A DNA stretch of 64,000 bases from assembly GCA_964187785.1 (NCBI GenBank), contig OZ076412.1:2480001-2544000 (forward strand), read 5' to 3'. Made by a program: the position numbers and the translations under genes. Below the pieces are notes generated by a model, which made no database searches, was not told the origin of the DNA, and saw only the letters and a list, made by a program, of their open reading frames with translations. Source of the DNA: Amphiscolops sp. MND2022 (Eukaryota). Shown one piece after another: positions 12,480 to 24,999 of this stretch (position 1 is its first letter; each line of letters opens with the position of its first letter).

Positions 12480-15400
12480 TGCTAGCGAAAGTGGTGCTAT
12501 CTGCAGATTTATCCAAGCAGTGTTTGTCCCCATTCAAACAAAATATATTGCAGGAATAGCGGGCTTTTCAGCACCTGCTCTGTAGAATATTGGCTGCGTA
12601 TTCTCAAAGCCAATAACAGCTGGTAATCCTAACGATTTTCAAAGATCAATCGTTCAACGGTGTCACCATGTGCGTTGGTCTTGTCTCTGTGGTAGAGGAA
12701 GATTCGTCGAAAAATGAGGAGTGGAAGCTGACCTGGAATCAGGTTTCCAGGCCTTCGTGGCCGCCATCTTCACTGTTTGGTTTGCTCTTGCTGCAATGCC
12801 ATTAGATCGGGGAGCGTACTCAGGAGTTTTTACTTTTTTACACCATTGAAATTTTAGTCAAAATGTCATTTTGCCGCTAGTGAATTCTCTGGCGTTATCA
12901 GAGACCAATAAGTATGGTACTCCAAATTGAACAAACACCGACAAAAGACGCTTTATAACAAGTTCAGAGGGGCGAACAACACAGACAAAGACCATGCACA
13001 TCCCGCAACAACTAATATGAGAACGTTGGCAACTTGCATTAAATGGGCCCAGTCCATGTATGGGTCGTTCCCACGGTGCATCTTTTGGCCTTGTTCCGAT
13101 GGATTTATCAACGCGAGGTCAAAGTTCGCTACATTTAGGGCAGGCATCCACGTAGCTCTTAATATCAAGGCCCATTGCGGGTCACCAAGATGTGAGCTTC
13201 TTCGTGTGCCAGTTGTTTGAAAAGCATTTCTTGTTGGGAACAGTCCAACCATTTGCCGCTAATGATACGATTTATCACTGTCTGAATCAGCAGAAACGTG
13301 TAAACATTCGGCTTTGAATTCATTTATCGTTGCAACGTTGACTTGAGTGTAAGCATTCGTGGCTTCGACCTCATTGGCTTCCTTGGTTTGAAACTTGAGA
13401 CAGCTCATGGCATCTGCATGTGAAATTTGCCGGCCTTCCTGATAAACGACATCATAGGCGAAAGTCATCAAAATTATAGCCGACCAGCAAATTCTCGCTG
13501 AGGCGGTCTTGGGAATCTCTTTGCTCGGGGAGAAATTGAACTCCAGTGGTTTATGGTCAGCGATTAGTTGAATTGTCGTTGACGACCGATGATATATACT
13601 ATGGCCAATGCATCTCATTCAAGGTTCGAATGACGGGATTCAGCAGCCGACAACTTCCTTGACACGTAGATCACCGGATGTCCTTCTTGCGATAATACTC
13701 CGCCGTTGGCATTTCTGATGCATCGGTTGTCCCAGTGAGTTCCTTTTAAAGCAATAATGCTGGACCAAGTGCTCAGATGCTGGTTTTTGCTTCAGTAAAT
13801 TAAAAGCATTTTGACATTCGGTTCTCCATTTGAAGGTTGTATCAGCTTTTCGTAGTTCAGAGATCGGACTCAATTTAGTTTAGTTGTGATATTTGGGGTG
13901 AACCTCCCGTAGAAAGTAAACAATCAATCTGCAGAATTGTTTCACTTCTTTGACATAGGACTGTGATAACATGTTCAGTTTTTTTTGGCGTTTGGATCAT
14001 CTGCTATATATCCTTTGCTGGAATGGTGCATCCCAGAAAAGATATTTGTTTGGTGAATTTTTGTCCTTCAAGAGATTCCTCACCGCTTCTAACACTTCCT
14101 GCATTGACTGTCAATATTTCCAAAAACCAGAACATCATCTTGAAAGATAATGATTCCTGTCAAACCTTTCAAGGCTTCCTCGGTTTTCTCTTGAAAGATG
14201 GCTTTAGCGTTTTTCATACATTGTTGGAGCTTCTTCTTTCGGTACAGTCCCTGAGTTGCATTAATGGTAGCAAGCTTCTGTACTTCAACTTCTAATTTGA
14301 TTTGATAATATGCCGACGACAAAGATCCTTTGCAAAAGATTTGGCACCATTCAATTTGTGAATTAGTGTTTCCTTGTCAGGCAATTTTTAAGCCACTGCC
14401 ATTATTTCTTCAATGACATGGAGTTTGTAGTTAGCGCATAGTCGAAGACAACGTCCTTTTTTCTTAGCCAAATTACAGGTGAGGCATTTATCACTCCTTC
14501 AAGTTCGACTGGTTCTATGACTCCCTGAGCTTCCAGCTTGGTCAATTCTTGATGATCCTGTAAGGCTAATAGGATTTTCAGAGCACGGTAAAACATAGGT
14601 ATGGCATCTGGTTTGTGTTTCACTGTCGCCGGGTGACTTTTCATGGCTGGTGAAGGTGCACTGAGGTTCAACTCTTCTAATTGGGTAATTTGGTTCATAA
14701 GTGTAATGTTTCGTCCACTTCGGCCGAAAAATTTCTCAGATTCAATTATAGCAACCTGATGTGTGTACGTGCATCCTTTCCATGCTATTCCACAGTTCCA
14801 TGAACCTTCGTGTCTCATTAAGTGGCCATTATAAGCTTCAATGAATTGCGCATGTGACGTCAGGCTGAATGAGCCTACTTTTGTCCGAATTTCTGTCGCA
14901 AAAGTTGTATTCTAAGATGCTGAGTCTTTCTGCATTTTACACTTATGTCCATTAATTTCGATTTTCTCCCAATCAGGAGCAGGTTGAACAAGATTTATTT
15001 CTTCAACAGGTTGCGTAAAATAGTCAGAGGCGTGATTCTTTTCCTTTCTTTCTTTCTTTCTTTCTTTCTTGCTCCAGCTGCTTTTCTCATAGTGCCCGAT
15101 CAATTTGAATGAGTTGCAAACTTTGTTGATAGCTGATCCTTCAAACCTTAGATGAGCAGGCTTCGCGCCAAATCTAGCGCAACCTGAAGATTTTACACTG
15201 AATCTGTTTCTGTGAGAAGGCTACAATATTAGGAGACGATGTTGAGTCTGGGCCTGATGCAAATTTTAATGCCTGAGATCTATATTAGAGTGTTTGCATT
15301 AGCACTGCCATTGTCAAATTCTCGTTGAGCCGTAGTGCGTCTAAAAGTTTGAGTTTCTCATCTTTATCTTTATCTTACCACAAGCCGCAGTCTAATCAGT

Positions 15401-16620
15401 TCCGCTTCAGGATCTGCGGATGTTTTTAGAATTTCGAATTTGCAGTTATAAGCAGCTTCTCTGAGTCTAGCCAGAAAATCAGTTTTAGCCTCAGCATTTT
15501 CTTGAGCAGTGGTTAGGAACATCGTTCTTTTGGTAATAACTAATCTTTGGCTGGCTTCAAAAATGCAACACTTTTCGCATTAATGTCAGCGAATATCATG
15601 TCTTCAAAAACTTTGGGCGCAGTCAAGCTGTTAATTTGTTTCAATGCTTCAAGTCCACACTCGCTCGTAAAACACCCGTGATTTGCAAAACTTTCTTCCG
15701 TCCATTTGTCGCATCATCTTCGATATCCTTCTTTTTTTCAACTCTCGCCTTTCCTTTGAAAGAAGCAAGCCATATGATGGCATCTTCTGGTTCTTAGAGA
15801 GAAAACAGGATGCGCTCCATTTTAAATTTCAGTCAATTCTCGTCCTAAACAACTGAACTCTGCGGAGAACTCGACTTTACCAAAAAGAGATAATTGTTTT
15901 TTGTTTCTTTTGGAATCGACAAAACTTCTAATGTCTTTCGACAGACTTCAAGTTAGTTTTAGGGCCGAGAAAATGAATGCCACTGGGAGCAAAACTAATG
16001 AAGTTTAATAAAAATTTGAGTTCGTCAATTGAGTTTTTCTTTTTATCGATGGTTCACTGTTAACTCACTCTTCTGTTCTTCTTTTTTAACCACACAACTG
16101 AGAACAGATGTAGCTCCAAGTTGTGACTTGGGTGTGTTTTTTTTCAGTTCCAACTTGATCGAAGGGTTTTTCCTATTTCGCGTTGACATTGTCCTCTTCA
16201 CGTGTATTTTAGTGATCTCTGTGGACTTCAGTTGATAGAAGAAGTTTTTCACTTCCTTTACGTTCACAGTACTCACTTGCAGCAATTCTTGGCTCCCAGG
16301 TTCCGATTATTGCAACTAATTGCTTCATGGTCAACCTCTTGAAATTGTTTGATATGTATTAGGAAATACTTTTGCTAATTACGTCGTGCCAAATAAGAGC
16401 ACTTCGTTTTTGAGCAGACCGTGATCTTCTGGGTTCTTTTCAACCTGGTGCATTTAAACCAACCAGACTACAACATTTTTTTACAGGAGATGTTTCGTAG
16501 TGCCGAGGAATTTAAAACATCCTCTATGTTCGCAAAACGCTTTTGCAGTCAAAAATTTTGCAAAACGTGAAGTGGTAGCCTTCAACCATATTATACTTTC
16601 ACCAGTCCCGAAAAAAAAGA
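12480..16620 (-). mobile_element. Ty3/gypsy LTR retrotransposon, heavily decayed (ORF0, gag, PR, RT, RNase H, IN)
   Basis: gag ATG at 15820. RT IFQDDVLVFG (14089..14322), KPDAIPMFYRA...INASPVIW (14402..14818), RNase H ADHKPLE...HADAMS (13259..13618) and integrase remnants. PBS-like TGGTAAAGTCGAG on the - strand at 15882. Same family as 59461-64000. Confidence 0.9.
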
Positions 16621-16795
16621 AACACCCTCAAGACTCTAAGAACAGTTTTTCTCAACAGATCACCTCAAAGAAAGTATTACTGAAAGGAAAGAAGCCGCTC
16701 CTCGCAGATTTTATGTTTCAACAAAACTCGAAAAGGGCTTCGGTGAAAGAAAATTAGTACAGAAAAAACTTTGGTCTTCCGTTTACCTTTGCAAA

Positions 16796-19700
16796 CATAA
16801 GAAAGACTTGACTGAGCGCTGGACCCGAACCCACGTATTCCTGCATCTCAAGCTAGGGTCGCCAGGCCAGGAAATTTGATTAAAAGGCTAGAACAAGCGG
16901 TCAAATAATATTCAAGTAATAACAAAAGTTTCCTTTGTGTTTTGGTTGTCAGTCTAATGGGATAGTGACTGGGGTAATTGGTCACGTTGCTTAAAGTTAG
17001 TTAGAGACCGCTAAAGGTCAAAGGACCATATTTGTTGTTTGTAAACATGTACCTGTTATTTTTATCTTCACTTGATTGAATCAATTTCTCAACACACATC
17101 TCAAAATAAAGTGTTGACAAAAATCTTTCTTCAATATTTGGACAACCCAGCCACAATCAGAAAGAGTCCCGAGCCTAGCAGGTTTTGGACGCAGCAGTTT
17201 AATAACTTGGTTTTACAACCCTTTTTCTCCTTACTCTCACTATGCTCTTCTGATCTTTATTTCTCGTTCTCAGTTTTTGCTTCTTGGATATCGACAGTTT
17301 TTGCTATTTATGCCATCCGTTACCGCTGTTTTGCTTCCGTTAACTTTGTAGCTAATCTTCGTAGGAATTCCTGTTTTGCTGCCCAATTTTTGTTCCAGTT
17401 ACTTCCTTCTGTCTGTTTCGGGCTTTTCCTTGGAGTTTTTGAGGGACGGATCGCCTTTGCCGTATGTCCAGTTCTCTGGCAAGAAAGAAGACTTCGCTGT
17501 GTGGGAGGACCTAATTGAGGGTTTCTTTTTTTTCACAAAGAAGCCGCTGAACGCGCTGAATGGAAGAGATGCTGATACGAATGACAACAACTACGATTTT
17601 TGGGAGTACTTGGTGCAGTGTCTTGACAGCCGCAGTATCCTGATGCTGACGAACGACTGCAAGAGTAATGGCCCGAAGATATGGCAATTACTGCGGAACC
17701 ACTTCAACGGCACCAAAACACCGCGATTCAAGAACCTTTGCAGGAGAAGTACACACACCTGCGATTAGAGCCCACGGAGAGCATGCTTGACCTGACTCGA
17801 GCGGAGTATGTGAGTAAGCAGTTGGAATTCGCTGGTGAGAAAATTTCTGAAAACTTGTTAACTTCGATAGTTCTTGAGGGTTTGCCATCTATGACGATTT
17901 CAAAACTGTGCACGATTTTTCGAAAGATAAGGTGGTTTTTGCTGAAATAAGGAAGACATTAAAAATTTCGAAAGCTCCCTTAACCCACAAACTACGACAG
18001 CTAGCAATGTTGCCTTGTTATCCAAAGGAACTGCTTCGAAAAACGTCTAGTGTAAACCTGAAAAAGTCACTGGGAAGTGTAGGTGTTGCGGTGAAAGTGG
18101 AAATAAACAAGCCACTTGCAGAGTATCCCAGTGCAACATTTGCAGGCGTTTTGGCCATGAAAAGAATAAATGTTTCAAAAAAACTTTTTTAACACTGGCT
18201 CAAGTGCTGAGACAGGAAAGTCAAACCTATCTAAGGATTTACGTTTCTTTTGCGATTGTAGTGAGACTGAACTCACTAGTCAAAATGCGAGGTTTAGGAG
18301 CACACTTTGGTCATCTACTTTGGTGTTTCTTGCATATTTTTTTTGCGAATAAACACAACGCATAGTAAAAGTTGCGAATGGAACTTTTTCGCAAGTTGAG
18401 GGTGTTGGAAAAGTTTCTTTTTTACTTTTGGACAAAGATAGGATCGATTGTTGTGTGACATTTTCCGATTGTCTTTTTCTTGCTGATCATTCTCTAACTT
18501 GATCAGCGTTAGCAGGTTCAGACAAAATGAGGGTCAAGTGAACTTTGGACAATCTTTTAGCATTTTTGTCGAGCGGTGCTGTGACATCATGGCCGTGGTC
18601 ACAACCACTGTATTCCGAAGCATGCATTTTTTACAATCCTTTCTCTAAATAGACTTCGTTTTCTCCCAACATCCATTTGGATGAGACGTCTTGTGATTCT
18701 TTTTCTGCGCACCCAAACTAAAAGATCCGGGCCTTTGTAACCGAAAAGCCGGCACCGAAACAAGTTTTTCTTGGAACACTGAAACATTTTTGCGAAAAGT
18801 CTTCAGTTCCTGTTTTACCGACTGAAACAACCCCCTCCCCCGTTGATGTTATATCGTCTGGAAACATTGATGCCATTGAAAGTAGTGTTTCCTTGCGGTC
18901 TCGAAGTGGGAGATTCATCTCCACGGGTACGTTCATTTAATGGATACCAGCGATGAGATTCTAACTTATCGTGAAGCAATGAAGTCATCGCTTGGAACCG
19001 AATGGATCGAAGCCTTTCGAAAGGAGTACAATGCGCTCTTTAGGAACTAGACCTGGGTGCTTTCTCTGCTTCCCCCGGCTCGAAAAGCGATAGGAAGCCG
19101 ACGGAATTTCAAAACTTGGCGACACAACGACGGAACTACTGAAAATTTCAAGGCTCGTTTCGTAGCCCAAAAGTTTTCGCAAGTTTTTGGGAGCGATTAC
19201 GATTAAACGTTTGCGCCTACTGTCAAACTTTTTACCTCGAGGATTTGTTTTGCGCTCGCTGCTTTTTCGTTGACTTTTGTTTTTAGTTAAAAGTCTGTTC
19301 AGCCTTCCTCGATGCAAACTGTTAAATTTACATAGAACAACCAGAAGTCTGCCCGCAAGCGGGGGTTAGTGGAGAATCATCTGAAATGCTTTTATTGTTT
19401 AAAGCAAGCAGGGAGGGAATGGATCAAAACCTCAACCCAGTGGTTTTTGAGGAACCCTTTTGTACATTCTGCCAAGGATCATTGTCTTTTTTGTTGCAAT
19501 GGGACCAATGGTTCCCCGCTTTTTGTACTAGTTCGGGTCGACGATACTTTGTACTTTTCAAACAAGAACAAAATTCTGCATGATTTTAAATCGAAACTCA
19601 GCGATGCATTAAGCATCGATGATTGTGGGGTAACAACTTGGTTTTTCGGATGCAATGTTGAACAGTCACGAGGTCGCCTTTCTTTTAGCCGGCGATCATT

Positions 19701-20400
19701 CATGAATGATATTTTGCGCATATGCCCTGTGTGGTGATTGTACACCAGTCCGTACGCCAGCTATACCCCATACGAAACAGTCTGAATTGGACTGCCCATC
19801 GAAAGTAGTGATAGTTCACTTGAATTCTGCAAACAGAAACAATATCGTAGCTTAGTTGGAAATCTAACGTATTTGTCAGTTGTTAGTCGGCCCGATATTT
19901 TCTCTTTGTTGTCTATAACAGCGATTTCGCGTCAATTCACGGAAAAGCCCATTGGTGTGAATTGAAACACCTTCCCCGTTTTCTCAAGGGCACCGACTCT
20001 CTATCGCAGGTGTATAACTGCTTAGAAAATCTTTCTGGTTTCTCGGATTTCGATTGGGCCAATGACAATGATGATCGCAAATCATCTTCGGGCTTTTGCT
20101 TCAAACTACGTCGTTTTGGTAGTGGTGTCTCTTGGGCGTACAAAAAGCAAGTGTCGGAGCACTTTGTCTTGTGATGCCGAGAATGTTTAGTTTCGTTGGC
20201 TTTGGCTGCTTAGGAAGCAGTCTAATTGCAAGGCTTGCTCACAATCTGCTTGATGATGGTGGACACGCCTGTTCTATTGTGTGATGAAAATCAAGGGGCA
20301 CTCTCACTGGCCAGCAACCCGGTCTCCGACAAAGGAGCTACACACTTAGAAACCCGACACTACCTCATCGGTCGACTGGTTGATGACAAACGCATTCAAC
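16796..20400 (+). mobile_element. Ty1/copia LTR retrotransposon, decayed, integrase core largely deleted, 3' end lost
   Basis: LTR ~16796-17180 then PBS-like GGTTTTGGACGCAG. gag (FSGKKEDFAVW...LLRNHF) with CCHC knuckles near 18080-18180, RT (FKARFVA, VRVDD) and RNase H (GFSDFDWANDNDDRKSSSG, CDENQGALSLASNP). Confidence 0.9.
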
Positions 20401-20639
20401 TGTCTGTTGCTCTATCACATATCATGGATCTTCGTCATCAATCAAGTGCCATGTGTATCATCATGTTGGGGGGAGAAGACACACACCCGTGGTCTGCAAC
20501 GAACGTAGGGAACCCCATACGAGCCACTTTCCCAGTAGACCAGTAAAATAAACAACCATCAAACTACTCATACCAGCCACTATCACAGTCGACCGGTAAA
20601 ATTTTTTTAAGCTGCAATGATATAGATGTTTTTTTAATA

Positions 20640-23480
20640 AACTATATGTAATAAATTTCTTCGAACGCATCTCTGTCGCTCACAATTTCTAGAACACAAG
20701 CCGCATTGCCAATCTGAAGAGCCATTGAAATCCGCTGCTTCAAAAAGCTGCCAGCTCGTTGATCGTCGTGAGAACGACAGAGCATTTTACAAAGACGCGT
20801 GATTAAAATATCAGTGCTTTTACCTAATTAACCCTGTACTTCCAAGGCCACCAGTTGAAATATGTATCCATTGTCTATTAATTCGCGATACTTCTCAATT
20901 TTACGCGCTTCAGCCTCGGTGGCGGTGATTCCCGGGTTACAAAAAAACCTTGATTCAGGCGACTGCGTGCAAAACATCCACAACCGTGACATCCCACACC
21001 AGCTGTTTATCCATTTGCCAAGGAAACATGGTAAGACCGTCTGGGCGTTTGCCATCGTTTCGGTACAGTCCAAGCGAATCGAGCATTGAAGGCAAGTCGA
21101 GAGATCCCAACATCTGCTTTATGAGAGAGTTGAGAGTAGGATGACGTGAGAAGCGATCATCACTCTTGGTGCAAGAAAGACCGTGTAAACCGTCCCGTTC
21201 GAATCTTTCACCACAGTGTTACGTATGCGCAACACAAATGTTGGCTCCTGGCTCCGAGACGTAAAGTAATTGAAATCCGAAGTTGCTGATCATCAAGTTT
21301 CAGGACTAGGTTCTTACAAGGAACGACGTTCAGCCATTGAGATCCGAGTTTACCTTGATGAGTGTTGAAAACTTTCGAACGTTTGTCATCCATTCTAAAA
21401 ATCAAGTTTTGGGCGGTTTTGACTTTGACGTAAATAGGTTGTGTCCAAAATTTTTGAGTTCCATCGTCAAGGTACCATAAGTTTATTTTCGACTCCACAC
21501 TGTCAATCAGATCCTGAATAGAATCAGAAAATAAAGCTGGAGACTCTGGATCTCCTTGCTGGGTCCCTTCACAAGATTTGATAACTGAATCACCGTAAAA
21601 AAAGAAAACTTGGCTGACTGTACGGGCTGGGGGCTTTCTGTCAAACAACGGAAAACATGTGAGGCCAACTCAGCGCCCCTTTCGGTGCCTACACCTACTT
21701 TTCGATTTCCATATCTTGCTTGACGAGATTCGATGACATGTTATCCGGCATACTTTGCGGACAACCGACGGAAAGTATTGTCTATAGCGATAGGATGAAT
21801 GTAACGTCAAGCTAACAGCTACATTCTAAGAGTGGAACAAGGCCCGGATTGTTTTAACAAGAGACCAGTGTCTTAAAACAACCTGAACACTAGCTTTTTG
21901 CCCCAAAATGGTCTCAATAGGGACTTTTCTATTAGTCTAAGGAGACTTCTCAAATTAGAGCTCCGTGGCTACGTGCCGGCACACTCAAAGTCCAGACCCG
22001 TCTCACAAGCACGTAAAAACGTATCCTAGAGTACCTGCGTGTTCCTACATATCTCCGAGGTCAAAAAGGTGATCTTCCTGAAAAACCTTATATTTGCGAA
22101 ACGAGATCTAAAATAAGCAAATAATGGATCTTCTAGGTCCATCTCCATCACACATTTGTCAAACAACATATGTTACATAATTGACAAAATAACATAATTA
22201 ACAAAGTACAACAACAAAACTAGAACATTTTGCTCTTTCATGAAGTTTCCAGAGTTCTCTGGGTGAACAATTGTTTGTTTTTGACTCTTTTCCGGGTTTT
22301 TCAGGACATCTTCCTGGTTAAACGGCACACAACTGCGATTTCGGACGTTTCTTTTCCTCTGGGATAGTGTATCTCGTCTCCGGTGGGGTTTCGGGTGTGG
22401 TGGGGGTCTCTTTTTTCTTTTTCTGTTCTCCTTTTTGATTTCAAGGACCTGCTGTGTCGGCCAAATTGACTCGCACATTGTCTGGTTTTTCATCGAATTC
22501 TTTGGATGTTGACTGGTGGACTTTCTCCATCGGGCTTTTTTTAGCGCAATTAGTATCGCACCAAAGAAGCACGGCCGAAGTTTGACAGGTACTTTTTTTT
22601 GAGAATTACATTCACAAGATTTGTTAGGCTTTGAGAAAAATCAGTCCAGTTTGCCCGTTCGACTTGGCAGTCAAAACTTTCAAATTTGGGGCGAAATGCC
22701 ATCCTACCCTGCACTAGAGCCGTTGGGGAAGAACATGAGCGCATTGTGGACGAAAAACTTTGAGGTTGAAAATCAATCGATATCTGTGGGGTCCGAAACA
22801 GAGCAAGTTTCCCTTTGCGGATGTTTCAACTTCAGGGCAGCGTACTTATCGACCGTGAAATCTGCAACCTTTTCGTCGCCTACAGCCATTGTGAATCCGG
22901 CCTTAACCTTACCTTCGTCTGATTTAGTGCAAATGGAACGCAGTCGTCAATCTAACTCGCTTTTCTGCTGTGGTTTTCTGTCGCGTTTCTGTCTTTTCTC
23001 AATGACACCATCTCGAATACGCTTGTTGATAGTTGCACTGAGTGATGACCTCTGATGCTTACCTCCTCGAGGTGGTTTTTCCAAAAAACAGCTTAGAGAG
23101 GAGACAAAAAGCACCACAAGGCAATGTTCGACGGGGTTTCACAAATATCTTTAATTTTGGGTATCAAGTTTTCACCTAGGGTGATCCGTGAATTTTCAGG
23201 ATCTCATTTCAAGTAAACAACGCCTGAATTAAAAAAAGTGTCTGGTTTAAAGGTATCATCCTGGCACTGAGGGATTGTGTTCACTAAAGAGCATCTACTA
23301 CATTTAAATTCCTCAAGGCTGCAAGCCTTTGTTCTTAATAAATTGGTGCACTTTATATGAACCGATCCGTTGCAAAGCCTACAATTTACCCAGTCTATCA
23401 ACCCTGAGGGCTTCAGAGCGTTGCAGGTTTTGTTGTCTTTCATCACAACTCAACCTCGAATCCTAAACAGTTGCAGGAAA
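20640..23480 (-). mobile_element. CRE-like retrotransposon copy with internal deletion and nested LTR-element fragment
   Basis: Reverse homologue of 2850-7630. ORF 21208..21648 joins WYLDDG directly to TQKFWTQ (deletion). PHD at 23204..23446; A-rich 3' end near 20610-20650. Confidence 0.9.
21800..22524 (-). mobile_element. LTR-like segment (21800-22177, TGTAAC...GTTACA) plus adjoining internal fragment, inserted in the CRE LKKPDG|GLRP motif
   Basis: The CRE reading frame is split exactly here and the terminal 6-bp inverted repeat is LTR-type. No TSD or polypurine tract was found. Duplicated at 26158-26883. Confidence 0.55.
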
Positions 23481-23859
23481 ACCACATTTGGGTATTCCCT
23501 AGCAGTTGTGGCAATATAACTAGTCCCGAACTTTCACCTGGCGTTGTGGTAGGCTCGCTAACCATCAGTCTTCTGTGTATTTTGAGAATTAAAATTGAAT
23601 TCCGCTCCGCACTTGATTGCGCGATACAATTTCCCGATCGCTTGCCTCCTAATTTCTGACGATTCCATAGATTTTTTTTGCAATTTTTGCATTTCCGTTG
23701 CAGACCACGTGTGTGTGTCTTCTCCCCCCAACATGATGACACACATGGCACTTGATTGCTGACGAAGATCCATGATGTCTGCTAAAGGAAAGATAGAGTT
23801 AAGGCGCTTGACAGGCTAGCTAGATCTGCATTGAGATGCAGGTTCTTCGTTGTCAGCCT

Positions 23860-24833
23860 AATTCTTGTGATAAACTTATTAAATAGATTAGATATGGTGG
23901 TGTGCAGATAAGAAGAAGCCCGAGTGGTATTCAAAGTTCGGCCGAAGATGACGGGGGGAATCTCAATGCAGAATGTTCAACAAATGACGACGCATCGCAA
24001 AGCATTTGCAAGAAGTGTGATGTGGAGATCCTAAATGGTCAATTAGCATTAATGTGTGTCATGTGCTCTGTATGGTTTTATTAAGAATGTTCGAATTTGT
24101 CCAAGAAGCAAAATTGTCATAGGAAAGATCGACGTCTGCAAGTGGTTCTGTGGTTGGTGTCTGGACAATGTGGATGATCGTGTCAAGTGTGTGTCTATCA
24201 ATCCAGAAATGAAGAAGGACATCGAAGATATAAGAAGATTAGTAACCTCGTTTAATACCAATAAACCCACTTATGCATCCAAAGTTTCGGAAAAAAAAAC
24301 TCCTACTAAGGTATGTGAAACTTGCACTGATAATCGTAATAATCCTAATGAACAAACACTGTACATTCCAGGCACAATAGATGATGACATTCTTTTTCCT
24401 AGTGTATTACAAAACTGAGGCTGTACACTCATTTCAACGGTATCAAACTGAATTTCACTTTTACCAACAATCTTGGGACGATTGTACTTTCTTTTAACAG
24501 CAAAGACCGTTTCACTAGAGTTAAAAAAAGTGGCGTTCGAGTCTTCTCGGGACAGACACTAGAGTCTTTTTCACCGAATGAAAGCAAATCACATGGAGGT
24601 ATAATCCGAGATTATATTATAATACTGATGACATCAAGAATGTTTTAGCTGGCGAAAAAGAGAAAAAAATTCAAGTGATCCATGATCAAAGGCGGAAAGG
24701 CCATTCCTTTAGTGGAACTAGTTTTCCAGAAAGAATGCACATTCAAAATGGAATTACGCTAGAGTATATGTACTTCAAGATGGACCCAAAACGTTCCGCC
24801 AAACGGATTATTCAAAGTTTCAACTGTCAACAA
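23860..24833 (+). mobile_element. 5' part (ORF1 with PHD finger) of an I/Jockey-like LINE, duplicated copy
   Basis: CKKC...CVMCSVWFY*EC PHD-like pattern (23902..24084); identical architecture to 28150-29133. Confidence 0.75.
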
Positions 24834-24999
24834 GACACACACCCGTGGTCTGCAACGAACGTAGGGAACCCATACGAGCCACTTTCCCAGTAGACCAGTA
24901 AAAATAACAACCAACAAACTACTCATACCAGCCACTATCACAGTCGACCGGTAGAATTTTTTAAAGCTGCAATGATATAGAGGTTTTTTTAAAAAAACT

